From Dehalococcoidia bacterium (lineage in GTDB: Bacteria; Chloroflexota; Dehalococcoidia; Bin125), in contig OZ253456.1 of NCBI GenBank assembly GCA_965261225.1, forward strand, positions 2,106,762-2,170,761: 64,000 nt of DNA. Direction: 5' to 3'. A program made the position numbers and the translations under genes. Numbering within the stretch: the stretch's first letter is position 1; each line of letters starts with the position of its first letter. The notes below the pieces were generated by a model, which worked only from the letters and a program-made list of their open reading frames with translations, ran no database searches and was not told where the DNA came from. This document shows, one piece after another, positions 39,940-52,496 of this stretch.

Positions 39940-40431
39940 CTACAGGTGTCGTTCGAGTTCCCGCTCGTACTTGAACTCGACTGTGTCGTTGACGTCGTCC
40001 AACTCACGAGTATCCGTCTTGACGTAGCCGAGGCGCTCATAGAGCCGGTGCGCGTCTTTGAATCGGGTGTCGGACCACAACTCCACTCTCCACGCGCCTT
40101 GCTCGCGAGCCCAGGCCACACCTGTCTCGAACAGCCGTCTTCCCAATCCTTGTCCGCGCAGCTCCGCGTCGAGATAGAGACGATGTAGTTCGACTGTGGG
40201 ACCATCGAGCCGCTCGGCGGCGATCGAACCCACGACCTGTCCGTCGGTGTCGCGCATGACCCACATAGCGCCTCGAGGCTCGAAATACGGGAATCTGCCC
40301 TCTTCGGCCAGCAGGTCCCAGAATTCGTCCTCGGGGTCCCAGATGAACTCGTACTCGTCGAATACCCGATGAATCAGTTCGATCACTTCAGCGGCCGCTT
40401 CGAAACCGGCTGGCTCAATCTGGAATGTCAT
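39940..40431 (-). CDS. GNAT family N-acetyltransferase
   Basis: 163 aa with the GNAT motif A (..RGQGLGRRLFE..). Confidence 0.75.
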   Translation of the reverse strand: MTFQIEPAGFEAAAEVIELIHRVFDEYEFIWDPEDEFWDLLAEEGRFPYFEPRGAMWVMRDTDGQVVGSIAAERLDGPTVELHRLYLDAELRGQGLGRRLFETGVAWAREQGAWRVELWSDTRFKDAHRLYERLGYVKTDTRELDDVNDTVEFKYERELERHL

Positions 40432-40500
40432 GGCGCGTTACTCTGCTGCTGAAGACGACAATGATCACGACACGATTTTCTAGCACGTGAGGAGCACGAT

Positions 40501-41643
40501 ATGGGACCGCTCAGCGGCATTCGGATTATTGAATTTCAGGGCATTGGACCGGGACCGTTTTGCGGCATGATCCTGTCCGACATGGGCGCCGACATCGTGC
40601 GCATCGACCGCGCCTCGAATGCGCCGGACGAAGCGCCGGCGAATCCGCCCGGCGACCTGCTGGCTCGCGGACGGCGCTCGATCGCGCTTGATCTGAAGAA
40701 TCCCGAGGGCGTCGAGGTCGCGCTGCAACTGATTGAGGGCGCGGACGCGCTGTTCGAGGGCTTCCGGCCCGGCGTGATGGAGCGCCTGGGTCTGGGCCCG
40801 GATGTCTGCCTCGAGCGCAATCCGAAGCTCGTCTACGGGCGGATGACCGGCTGGGGCCAGGAGGGTCCCTACGCACAGATGGCGGGCCACGACATTAACT
40901 ACATCTCGCTGGCCGGCGCGCTCGCGCCGATCGCTCGCAAGGGCCAGGCGCCGGTGCCGCCGCTGAATATCGTCGGTGACTTCGGCGGTGGCGGCATGTA
41001 CCTCGCCGTAGGCATGCTGGGCGCGCTGATTGAGGCGGGACGCTCGGGCAAGGGACAGGTCGTTGATGCGGCCATGGTCGACGGCGCGTCGTCGCTGATC
41101 ACCTCGGTGCACGCCGGTCTGGCAACCGGCGGTTGGCGTCGCGGCCGCGCGGCCAACGTGCTCGACACCGGCGCGCATTTCTACGACGCCTACGAGACGC
41201 TGGACGGCAAGTACGTTTCAATCGGCTCAATCGAACCACAGTTCTACGCGGAACTGCTGCATCTGCTTGGTCTTGAGAACGAAGAGTTGCCGCACCAGAT
41301 GGACAATACGCGCTGGCCCGAGCTGAAGGACCGCGTCACGGCCATCTTCCGGACGAAGTCGCGGTCGGAGTGGGAAGCGATCTTCGAGGGATCGGATGTC
41401 TGCTTCGGCCCGGTGCTTGAGCCCTGGGAAGCGCCGAATCACCCGCACGCGAAGGCGCGAGGCGCATTCGAAGAGGTCGCCGGCGTCGTGCAGCCCGCTC
41501 CGGCGCCGCGCTTCAGCCGGACGAAGTCGAAAATCCAGGGTCCACCGGCGTATCCGGGACAACACACCGACGAGATTCTCGCCGAGATCGGTCTGAACGG
41601 CTCGAAGGGCGAGGAGCTAAAGACGGCGGGGGCGGTTGCATAA
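40501..41643 (+). CDS. family III CoA-transferase (CaiB/BaiF; alpha-methylacyl-CoA racemase-like)
   Basis: GIRIIEFQGIGPGPFCGMILSDMGADIVRIDR N-terminal signature. Confidence 0.8.
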   Translation: MGPLSGIRIIEFQGIGPGPFCGMILSDMGADIVRIDRASNAPDEAPANPPGDLLARGRRSIALDLKNPEGVEVALQLIEGADALFEGFRPGVMERLGLGPDVCLERNPKLVYGRMTGWGQEGPYAQMAGHDINYISLAGALAPIARKGQAPVPPLNIVGDFGGGGMYLAVGMLGALIEAGRSGKGQVVDAAMVDGASSLITSVHAGLATGGWRRGRAANVLDTGAHFYDAYETLDGKYVSIGSIEPQFYAELLHLLGLENEELPHQMDNTRWPELKDRVTAIFRTKSRSEWEAIFEGSDVCFGPVLEPWEAPNHPHAKARGAFEEVAGVVQPAPAPRFSRTKSKIQGPPAYPGQHTDEILAEIGLNGSKGEELKTAGAVA

Positions 41644-41644
41644 G

Positions 41645-41790
41645 CGACTGCTCAGCAGGGGTTTCCCAGTCCCCGCTTTACGCGGGGACCCGCTCGGCGA
41701 CTGCCAAAGTCGCAACGCCCTTGATCGAGAGGGGGAAGGGGCTGGTCCCCGCGTAAAGCGGGAACTGGATCCGATTAGCTCAGAAAGTGA
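41645..41790. repeat. palindromic element with GTCCCCGCTTTACGCGGGGAC / GTCCCCGCGTAAAGCGGG hairpins
   Basis: Family copy of the 28.4 kb element. Confidence 0.7.
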
Positions 41791-41796
41791 TGCCCA

Positions 41797-42843
41797 ATGG
41801 TCTCGATCACCGACTACCGGCTCTATCCGGCGATCCAGGCGCAGCCCTCGGAATGCGCCAAGCTGCTGAGCAGTGTCCAGCCGTTTGAGCAGGCGGCGGA
41901 GACGCTGGCTTCGGCGTCGCGAGTGTGGACTGTGGGAATCGGCACCTCGTTTAACGCGGCCAATGCCGCCAGCTGGATGCTGCGCTCGGCCGGCCTGACC
42001 GCTCGCCCCTTGACGAGCTTTGAGTTTGCCACCTGGCCCGCGCTGTCCGAGGGTGACGCGGTACTGCTGTTCGCGCACACAGGTCGCAAGACGTACAGCG
42101 GTCACTCACTTGCGCTCTGCATCGAGCGGGGGATTCCCGTTGTGCTGATCACCAAAGTAGGCACGGGTTTCGACCTCGAATCGTTGCCTGACAGCGTCAC
42201 GGTGCTGCACACGACCACGCAGGATCCATCGTCGATGTACACGATCTCGCACACGACGGCGATGACGGCCGCGGCGATGATCGCCGACGCCATCGCACCG
42301 GATTCGATTGGTGACATATCAGAGATTCCGTCGTCGTTGGCGTCGGCGCTGCGGCTGGAAGACGAGATCGCAGAGCTGGCAGCGGAATGGTCGTCGGGCG
42401 CGCTGATTGCGCTTGGAGCGGGTCCCATGCTGTCAGCGGCGGAAGAAGCCCACATCAAGATTGCCGAGGCGTCGCGTCGCGCGGTGCGTCACCAGGAACC
42501 TGAATCGTTCTTGCATGGTCCAGCGGTGCAGATTGTCGACTCAGATCGCATCCTCTCCTTTGCGGCGAACGACGAATCTGCGGAGCGCACGCGGGCGATC
42601 ACCCAACTCACCATGGACATGGGCTGCGCGGCGGCGTGGGTCGCGCCGGAGAGCGTGTCCGGCCCTGAGTCGGCGCGACATCTGACGTTGGTCGAGATGT
42701 CGCCGGCGCTGCTCACGATTCCGGCAGTCGTGCCCTCGCAGTTGCTGGCCGGGCATCTGGCGGCCAACGGAGGCATCAACGCCGACGACTTCCGCACCGA
42801 CGTGCCGGAGTTCAGAGACGCGCTCTCGAAGCTGAGCCTGTAG
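41797..42843 (+). CDS. SIS-domain sugar-phosphate isomerase/aminotransferase-like protein (GlmS C-terminal/AgaS-like, two SIS domains)
   Basis: 348 aa with SIS motifs (VWTVGIGTSFNA.., ..LIALGAGPM..). Confidence 0.6.
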   Translation: MVSITDYRLYPAIQAQPSECAKLLSSVQPFEQAAETLASASRVWTVGIGTSFNAANAASWMLRSAGLTARPLTSFEFATWPALSEGDAVLLFAHTGRKTYSGHSLALCIERGIPVVLITKVGTGFDLESLPDSVTVLHTTTQDPSSMYTISHTTAMTAAAMIADAIAPDSIGDISEIPSSLASALRLEDEIAELAAEWSSGALIALGAGPMLSAAEEAHIKIAEASRRAVRHQEPESFLHGPAVQIVDSDRILSFAANDESAERTRAITQLTMDMGCAAAWVAPESVSGPESARHLTLVEMSPALLTIPAVVPSQLLAGHLAANGGINADDFRTDVPEFRDALSKLSL

Positions 42844-42920
42844 CCCGAGTCGCCTTCGAGCTTTGGGCGTTAGCAGGCCCCACGCCGTCTAGCGGACGAA
42901 GCCAAAGATCGACTGCCGCC

Positions 42921-43469
42921 ATGCGTGTCTGTTCTTCCAAACGCGAGCGGCGGATCTGGACGTGGACGGCAATTGTCGCCTGCGCCATTTTTGCAAGTCT
43001 GGGACTGACCGGGTGGCTTGCGGAGGCGCTGGGCGACTCGGATCTGATCCCCGGCGCATTCGCCCTCGGGATGCTGTTGTTGGCAGCGACCATCGTGACT
43101 CAAGGGCTGCAGTCGAGGCCAAGTGGACCGGAAATCGCCATTGTGCTCGGCGTCTCGGCCGCTTTGTTCATGCTGTTGCTCCGATTTGCCTTGTCGGAGC
43201 GGACGCATCTCATTGAGTTTGGCGTGCTTGCCGCCTTCATCCATGCTGCGCTGAAGGAGCGAGCCAGCCAGGGACGTCGGGTCCCGGCAGTCGCTCTGAT
43301 CGCTGTTCTGGCGGCAACCGCTATCGGGCTGCTTGACGAGGGTATCCAGGCCATCCTGCCCAATCGCATATTCGATCCGCAGGATCTGCCGTTCAATTTC
43401 CTCGCCGCCGTGACGGCAGTCGGCGTCGGTCTGGCGGTCGGATGGGCGCGACGGCGAGTTCGCACCTGA
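42921..43469 (+). CDS. VanZ-like membrane protein
   Basis: 4-5 TM segments and ERTHLIEFGVL / LLDEGIQA motifs reminiscent of VanZ. Confidence 0.5.
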   Translation: MRVCSSKRERRIWTWTAIVACAIFASLGLTGWLAEALGDSDLIPGAFALGMLLLAATIVTQGLQSRPSGPEIAIVLGVSAALFMLLLRFALSERTHLIEFGVLAAFIHAALKERASQGRRVPAVALIAVLAATAIGLLDEGIQAILPNRIFDPQDLPFNFLAAVTAVGVGLAVGWARRRVRT

Positions 43470-43473
43470 ATCG

Positions 43474-46236
43474 TTAGCCGAGCGCGCCGATCCTCGATTC
43501 CAGGTCGGTCTGCTGACGCTGTAGGTCAGTGGCGAGCTCCTCGGCCTGTTGCACGACTGCGGCGGGCGCTTTCTTACGGAATCCCTCGTTGGCCAGCTTG
43601 GCCTCTGCGCCTTTGAGGCGCTTGACGACGTTGTCGAGGTCCTTGCTCAGGCGGGCCTTTTCCTGTCCCAGATCGACGAGCCCGCCCAGGGGCAGGATGA
43701 TCTCGGCAGTCGGGAGGACGGCCGACGCGATCTGTTCGGTCGGCGCGTCGGCGCGGTCGGCGACTATTGTCAGCGGGCGTGCCCGAGATAGCACTTCGAC
43801 GATCGGCGCCGAGGCGGTGACGGCGTCGGCGACGTCGTCCTGCGGTCGGACGTAAACCTCGACGAACTGGCCGGCCTGCACCTTGTAGTCTGCTCGCACT
43901 TGGCGAACGGCAGTCACGACATCCTGCACGGCACTGAACTCCGCCTCCGCTTCGAGATCGCGCTCGGCGTCGCCGGGTTGCGGGTAACGCGCGCCGATCA
44001 ATGCGTCGACATCGTTGTTGTCTGCCAGGTGCGGACGCAGTTGTTGCCAGATCGCTTCGGTGATGAACGGCATCCATGGGTGGAGCAATCGCAGTCCGCC
44101 GTCCAACACCTTGGTCAGGACAGGCAAGGGCGAGAGATCGCCGATGCGCAGCCGGACCTTGCTGGCCTCGACGTACCAATCGAAGAATTCTCCCCGGAGG
44201 AAGTCCTGGATTTGGCGGCCCGCTTCGCCGAGCTGGAACTGGGTGAGCAGCTCGTCGACGGAATCGGTCACGGCTTGGAGTCGCGAGAGAATCCAGCGGT
44301 CTTCGAGGGGCGGGACCCCCTCCGCCTTCGGCAGCTCCCCCTGCAAGGGGGAGCGGGAGATCTCGCCGAGGACGAACTTTGCGCCGTTCCAGAGCTTGTT
44401 GGCGAAGTTTCGCGAGCCTTCCAGCCGCTCGTCCGTGAGGCGCATGTCGTTGCCCGGGGTTGAACCGGTGGCGAGGGTGAAGCGCAGCGCGTCCATGCCG
44501 TATTGGTCGGCCTTTTCGAGCGGGTCGATGACGTTGTCGAGCGACTTCGACATCTTGCGGCCCTCGGCGTCGCGGACGAGGCCGTGCAGGTAGACCGTGC
44601 GGAACGGGGCCTCGCCCATGTTGAAGCAGCCCAGCATGATCATCCGCGCGACCCAGAAGAAGAGGATGTCGTAGCCGGTCTCCAACACAGACGAGGGGTA
44701 GAAGCGCGCGAGGTCGTCGGTCGTGTTGGGCCAGCCCAGCGTCGAGTGCGTCCATAGTCCGGATGAGAACCAGGTATCGAGCACGTCGGGGTCTTGCACG
44801 AGCTCGGAACCGCCGCACGTCGGACAGATGGTGGGGTCGGTCAGCTCGACGATTGGGTGCGAGCCTTCATCGATCGTGATCTCACCGTCGTCGGCGGTGA
44901 TGATGGCGTCGGAGTCGCAAGCGGAGCAGTACCAGGCCGGAATGCGGTGTCCCCACCAGAGCTGTCGCGAGATACACCAGGGACGGATGTTGTCCATCCA
45001 CTGGAGGTAGACATTCTTCGAGCGTTCGGGAACGATTCGGACTTCGTCGTCGCGCACGACACGCGCCGCTTCAGCGGCGAGTTCGTCGGTATCGACGAAC
45101 CACTGGTTCGAGACCAGCGGCTCGACCACGACGCCGGATCGCTGCGAGTGTCCGACGTTGTGGATGTGCGTCACAGTCTTGAGCAGATAGCCGTCTTCCT
45201 CGAGGTGCCGCGCGACCAGCGTGCGCGCCTCGTTGCGGTCCATGCCGGCGTAGAGTCCGGCCTCCGCCGTCAGCGTGCCGTCCCAATCGACGACGCGGAT
45301 TGGTTCCAGACCGTGACGTTCGCCGATCTCGAAGTCAAGCTGGTCGTGGCCTGGCGTTATCTTGAGCGCGCCGGTGCCGAACTCGAGGTCGACGGCCGAA
45401 TCGGCGACCAACGGAATCAGGCGGTCGAAGCCACGTAGCGGCAGTCTGACGCGCCGGCCGAGATGCGCTTGCCAGCGCTCGTCGTCGGGATGGACAGCGA
45501 TGGCCACGTCTGCTGGAATCGTCTCGGGACGGGTCGTGGCGATGACAACACCGTCCTCAAGCTCGTTTCCACGCTCGTCGACGAAGGGATAGCGGACGTG
45601 CCAGAGCTTGCCCTCTTCCTCGCGGTATTCGACCTCGACATCAGAGAGCGCGGTCAACATCTGCGGGTCCCAATTGATGATCCTGGCGCCGCGATAAAGC
45701 TTGCCGTCGTTGAAGAGGTCGACGAATGTTTTGCGCACGGCGTCGCGCGGCGTCGGATCGAGGGTGAAGGCGGTGCGCTCCCAGTCGCAGGAAGCGCCCA
45801 TCCGTCGGGCTTGCGCGGTGATCCGCGGGCGGGTCACGCCGACCCAGTCCCAGACACGCTCCTGGAAGGCTTCACGCCCCAGGTCATGGCGGGTCATGCC
45901 CTCGCGCGCGAGCTGCCCCTCGACGACGCTCTGCGTCGCGATCCCGGCGTGGTCCAGTCCGGGTAGCCAGAGCGTCGGCTCGCCCAGCATTCGGTGCCAG
46001 CGGATCAGCATGTCTTCGATGGTCAATGTGACCGCATGGCCCAGGTGCAGCACACCGGTCACGTTGGGCGGCGGCATGATCACGGTGAACGGCTCAGGCT
46101 CGCCCTCGACCGCTTCCGTCGGACAGAACCAACCGTTGTCCTCCCAGAAGGCGTAGATCGGGTCCTCAACCTGGGAGGCGTCGTAGGCGCCGGTCAGGTT
46201 ACTCAGGTTGGACAGGTCGAATTCAGTGGTGGTCAC
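43474..46236 (-). CDS. valS: valine--tRNA ligase
   Basis: 920 aa with HIGH (PNVTGVLHLGHA) and KMSKS (KMSKSLDNVIDP) motifs and a C-terminal coiled coil. Confidence 0.95.
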   Translation of the reverse strand: MTTTEFDLSNLSNLTGAYDASQVEDPIYAFWEDNGWFCPTEAVEGEPEPFTVIMPPPNVTGVLHLGHAVTLTIEDMLIRWHRMLGEPTLWLPGLDHAGIATQSVVEGQLAREGMTRHDLGREAFQERVWDWVGVTRPRITAQARRMGASCDWERTAFTLDPTPRDAVRKTFVDLFNDGKLYRGARIINWDPQMLTALSDVEVEYREEEGKLWHVRYPFVDERGNELEDGVVIATTRPETIPADVAIAVHPDDERWQAHLGRRVRLPLRGFDRLIPLVADSAVDLEFGTGALKITPGHDQLDFEIGERHGLEPIRVVDWDGTLTAEAGLYAGMDRNEARTLVARHLEEDGYLLKTVTHIHNVGHSQRSGVVVEPLVSNQWFVDTDELAAEAARVVRDDEVRIVPERSKNVYLQWMDNIRPWCISRQLWWGHRIPAWYCSACDSDAIITADDGEITIDEGSHPIVELTDPTICPTCGGSELVQDPDVLDTWFSSGLWTHSTLGWPNTTDDLARFYPSSVLETGYDILFFWVARMIMLGCFNMGEAPFRTVYLHGLVRDAEGRKMSKSLDNVIDPLEKADQYGMDALRFTLATGSTPGNDMRLTDERLEGSRNFANKLWNGAKFVLGEISRSPLQGELPKAEGVPPLEDRWILSRLQAVTDSVDELLTQFQLGEAGRQIQDFLRGEFFDWYVEASKVRLRIGDLSPLPVLTKVLDGGLRLLHPWMPFITEAIWQQLRPHLADNNDVDALIGARYPQPGDAERDLEAEAEFSAVQDVVTAVRQVRADYKVQAGQFVEVYVRPQDDVADAVTASAPIVEVLSRARPLTIVADRADAPTEQIASAVLPTAEIILPLGGLVDLGQEKARLSKDLDNVVKRLKGAEAKLANEGFRKKAPAAVVQQAEELATDLQRQQTDLESRIGALG
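44290..44345. repeat. copy of the GCTCCCCCTTGCAGGGGGAGCTGCCGAAGGC palindromic repeat embedded in frame inside valS
   Basis: The minus-strand sequence GCTCCCCCTTGCAGGGGGAGCTGCCGAAGGCGGAGGGGGTCC is near-identical to the intergenic copy at 26877-26910. It encodes ..SPLQGELPKAEGVPP.. in the variable loop between RFVL and DRWIL. Confidence 0.75.
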
Positions 46237-46324
46237 AGCTGAACTCCGCGTGGTCGTCGGATGGTTAAGTGGCTGAGGAGGAGAGTCTTCGGGTCCGGCG
46301 CGGTGTAGCCAAGGCGCGCCGAAC

Positions 46325-47212
46325 CTAGCCTACGGCTACGAGGACGCCGTCAATGACATCGGCTTCTTTGACCGGCCGCTTGATCTTGGCGGCCTGCAAC
46401 CGGCGACGGCGTCGCTGCTTGGCGACTTCCAGTTCGTAGAGCATTTCCAGCCCCTTGCGGGTGTCGCTGGCGACGCGGGCCGGGTCCTGGCGCTCGAGGC
46501 GGCGGCGAAAGAGCCAGTAGGTAAAAGCCTGCCACTCGGCGTGCTCGATCCGTTCGGGGTCAGCATGGTCACGGTTGAAGGTCGCGCGGTAGTCGCGTAG
46601 GAGATCGGCTTGCCGAGCGCCGTAGATCCGACCGAAGACGTCGGAATCGAGTTCCTGTCGGGTATGCGAGAACGACAGGCCGCTGCGCTCCTTCTGCAGG
46701 ACACGCTCAATCGCCAGGTGCAGCGCCTGCTCGACGCGGACCCCGTAGAGGAAGTTGAGATGGGCCCAGTACTTGGCCGTGCCCAATCGCTCCTGGAACT
46801 CGGCTTCACTCAGCACGACCGGCGGCGACTCTTCGATGAGCAGGTCCTCGACTTCGTTGAGCGGCAGCAGGCCGGGCGGCGCCGAGTCGCAAATGCGCTC
46901 GGCGAGCAGGAGCCAGTCAAAGGCTTCATGCTCGATCAGGTAGACGTATTCGCGACCATCGACCGTCTCACGGGGGACTTCCCATTCGCTGATGCAGTCG
47001 AGCATCGCGTCGAACCAGGGGCGTCCGGCGTGCAGCTGGGCATGGAATGTGGCCAGCAAGGAGTCGGGGCCGATCTCCATCAATTCGGCGTCGACGATGC
47101 GCTCATCATCAGGGTCGATATCCGGCGCGAAGCCGGTCTCGACGGGGCCGTCACGATCGGCCAGGTGCGGAAACGGATTGTCGTCGGTGGTCGCCGAGTT
47201 CGTCGTCGCCAT
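46325..47212 (-). CDS. hypothetical protein
   Basis: The start is taken at MATTNSATTDDNPF (ATG 47212). The track ORF's upstream 91 aa is read-through of the tandem-repeat spacer. No family recognised. Confidence 0.5.
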   Translation of the reverse strand: MATTNSATTDDNPFPHLADRDGPVETGFAPDIDPDDERIVDAELMEIGPDSLLATFHAQLHAGRPWFDAMLDCISEWEVPRETVDGREYVYLIEHEAFDWLLLAERICDSAPPGLLPLNEVEDLLIEESPPVVLSEAEFQERLGTAKYWAHLNFLYGVRVEQALHLAIERVLQKERSGLSFSHTRQELDSDVFGRIYGARQADLLRDYRATFNRDHADPERIEHAEWQAFTYWLFRRRLERQDPARVASDTRKGLEMLYELEVAKQRRRRRLQAAKIKRPVKEADVIDGVLVAVG

Positions 47213-47233
47213 CGTCAGGCTGCCCCTATTTCG

Positions 47234-47336
47234 TTGCCCTGCCGCCATTGCGGCATTAAGCGTCTTTGCCGCCAGCGCGGCATTACACCGCCTTGCCGCC
47301 AGCGCGGCATTACACCGCCTTGCCGCCAGCGCGGCA

Positions 47337-47346
<10 letters not shown>
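47234..47346. repeat. 27-bp tandem repeat (3 good + 1 degenerate copies; unit TTGCCGCCAGCGCGGCATTACACCGCC) starting at the secA stop
   Basis: Read directly from the sequence. In the secA frame each unit reads CRAGGKAV-TAA. It appears derived from the secA terminal codons ..CCGKPA*. Confidence 0.75.
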
Positions 47347-50045
<2,699 letters not shown>

Positions 50046-50140
50046 CCAGCAGTCCCAATCCAGTTAGCCCAAGCTCAGGGCATACCAATCCAGTGTAGCG
50101 GCGAGGGGGACGGTCGTGAGTGACATGGCGCGCAGTAGAT

Positions 50141-52264
50141 TCACGGCCCGAGGAAGTGGCAAGTCCCAGCCTGTTGGATGCTGCCGACTACGAACCACGC
50201 ACCGTCAGGTGACCACTTTGCGTTGGGCAACCAAAAGCTTGGGTACTTGCGTGGGATGTGTCGGGGCGTTGTTCGCAGAGCGTACGCGTGGCTTCCGTTC
50301 GACCTATGGACGATGATCTGGCTATAACTCCTGTCGACCGTGAACAGACCGTCGGTGCCATCACCGCTGAGAATGGCTTGGACAAGTTCGCCGTTCGGAC
50401 TCCAGCCACCAGATGGCAGACATTGGGGCCAGTACCTGTCGCCGAGGTCAATTGCGACGACGGTTGCTGACGATACATCAACCAGCACCGTGTCGCGGTC
50501 CGGACCGAGTCCCACGATCCGGTGCACTGCCACGGCGGAATCTCCGTGCCAATGGGCAGCCCAGCTCACCCACGCGGTGGGGTGTCCAGCTTCAAGCGGG
50601 CTCAGACCGACTTCTGCCACGCTGACCGTTCGTATCCGATGCTCCGCCGCGTCGTAGAGCCAGACCGTGTACGAATCATTGGAAGCCACTACTGCGTGCT
50701 GCCGAGACGACGACCATAGAATCTCGATGTCCTCGCCCAGAGTTTCTGCGTCCATGGCTGAACGAATGAACTCGGCTTCCTTGTCGCTGTCTGCTTCAGA
50801 CACATACTTCGTGGTGTTCGGCTCAAGACGGAGAAACTCTCCATCTATTCCGAACAGGACGTCGAGATACTCGAATTCGCCGTATTCGCCGTTTTCGTCT
50901 CGGCACGTGACGGCATAGACGATCGTGTTGTCCATACGAAATCGCCAGTTCCCAAAGTTAGGTCGCGGTTGCAGACAATCCTTGCCCTCCAAGGCGTTCG
51001 CCGGGAACACAGGCAGCAGCACGGCGCGTCCGTCCGTCCGAATCAGGAGCGGGTCCAACCACTGCCCCCAAACGTCAGTCGGCGCTAGATTGACCAGCAG
51101 CGCCGTACTGTCCGCCGACCACTGCATAGCGGTGTTGCGCAGGAAGAACAGCGCTGGCAGTTCGCGTTCCGGCTTGAGCCGTCGAAACGCCTCGCGGATC
51201 GAAAATGCCGTCGAGCCATCAAGCGGTAGCAAGACGGCGTCCAAGAACCAGCTGCATTCACGCTCTGAGGCAAGGCAGTTCGCAATCGCGAGGTACCGAC
51301 CATCCCACGAAAGCCTGGCGCCGCCGGAAGGACGGCGCGCTAGTTCAAGTTCGTCGACCAATGGCCGCCAATACCAGATGTGTTCGTCGTTGTAGCCGAG
51401 CAATTCGCCCGAGGATAGCCAACGCCACCCGTGCGCTTTAGGCAGGATCCGACCCTGCCCGACGCTGAAGTCGTCGCCGGGGAAGACGACGGTTTCGTCG
51501 CCGATCAGGATGGGCAGGTCTTGGACGCTGATGTCGCTGGCGAGCAGAGTCACCTCGTCGATTGGCGCGCTCACGATCTTGGCGAGTTCATCGTCCATGG
51601 GCAACAGCCTGACCTCCGCGCCGTCGGCTGACTGACCCATTACGCCATACTGCTCGCCTTGCCACTCCGCCACGATGGCCGGCGCAGGCTGATGCAGAAT
51701 CCGATGAGGCTCAACTACCCCGAGATCGAGCGCCGTTCTGCGGATCCAGCCCTCGCGTTCGTCGCCGTAGCTGATTCGATACCAACCGATCGCGACGTTC
51801 AGGATCACGACTTCGTCGCCGGCGCTGAGCCGTTCGATGACCGGCCACGGTAGTCCAGGTCGGACTCGGAGGTCGGCGTCTTTGATGACCGTTGCCGGGA
51901 CGTCTGTCAGATTGGTCGGGGGCGCCTCCGCCTCTTCCTGGACCTCGGTCGGTTCGCTCTGTTGCTCTGGTTCGGACTGCACTGACTGCTGGCGATCAGC
52001 GAGCGCAGGGGTCGGCTCGCTCTCACTCTCCGTCAGATCAGTGCGCTGCTGATCCGGATCGCTTGCCGCCTGCTCCGGTTGAGCGGCCTCAGCTTCGACG
52101 CTGTTCCTCGTGGGTGCGACCTGCGAGACCTCACCGCCTTGCGCCTGTTCAACGGCTTGTTCCTCGGCGCGGGTGTCCATAGCCGTTGGCTGATCGCTCT
52201 CGCTGCAGCCAACAATCGACAGCAGCCCGACAACAATCAAAGACAGAAGAACTCGGATACTCAT
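50141..52264 (-). CDS. secreted lipoprotein with SH3b domain and TolB-like beta-propeller
   Basis: Lipobox IVGC, an acidic linker, SH3b-like (LRVRPG..VILNVAIGWYRISYGDEREGWI) and a WD40-like propeller. Confidence 0.55.
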   Translation of the reverse strand: MSIRVLLSLIVVGLLSIVGCSESDQPTAMDTRAEEQAVEQAQGGEVSQVAPTRNSVEAEAAQPEQAASDPDQQRTDLTESESEPTPALADRQQSVQSEPEQQSEPTEVQEEAEAPPTNLTDVPATVIKDADLRVRPGLPWPVIERLSAGDEVVILNVAIGWYRISYGDEREGWIRRTALDLGVVEPHRILHQPAPAIVAEWQGEQYGVMGQSADGAEVRLLPMDDELAKIVSAPIDEVTLLASDISVQDLPILIGDETVVFPGDDFSVGQGRILPKAHGWRWLSSGELLGYNDEHIWYWRPLVDELELARRPSGGARLSWDGRYLAIANCLASERECSWFLDAVLLPLDGSTAFSIREAFRRLKPERELPALFFLRNTAMQWSADSTALLVNLAPTDVWGQWLDPLLIRTDGRAVLLPVFPANALEGKDCLQPRPNFGNWRFRMDNTIVYAVTCRDENGEYGEFEYLDVLFGIDGEFLRLEPNTTKYVSEADSDKEAEFIRSAMDAETLGEDIEILWSSSRQHAVVASNDSYTVWLYDAAEHRIRTVSVAEVGLSPLEAGHPTAWVSWAAHWHGDSAVAVHRIVGLGPDRDTVLVDVSSATVVAIDLGDRYWPQCLPSGGWSPNGELVQAILSGDGTDGLFTVDRSYSQIIVHRSNGSHAYALRTTPRHIPRKYPSFWLPNAKWSPDGAWFVVGSIQQAGTCHFLGP

Positions 52265-52496
52265 GCAGCAAAGACGCTCCTACTGCACGGTATGTTCCCA
52301 CCTCTCGACTCGCGTCGTCGTGACTGTCATGGTCCCCTCCAACAAACCTTTCCAGTAGTCCCTAGCCAGCTGGTACCAGGAATCGGGCGTCCAATTCCCG
52401 TCCAACAGCGACACGAGTGACCGTATGTCACTTCAGGTGCAGTCGATCGGTCAGCCGCAGAAGGCGGGTCACTTGCCCTCGCGCGACCACTCGACG

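Noticed and set aside
46237-46325. T-box riboswitch upstream of valS
   Set aside because: The leader is only ~90 nt. That is too short for a T-box (~250 nt), and no specifier/T-box sequence is visible.
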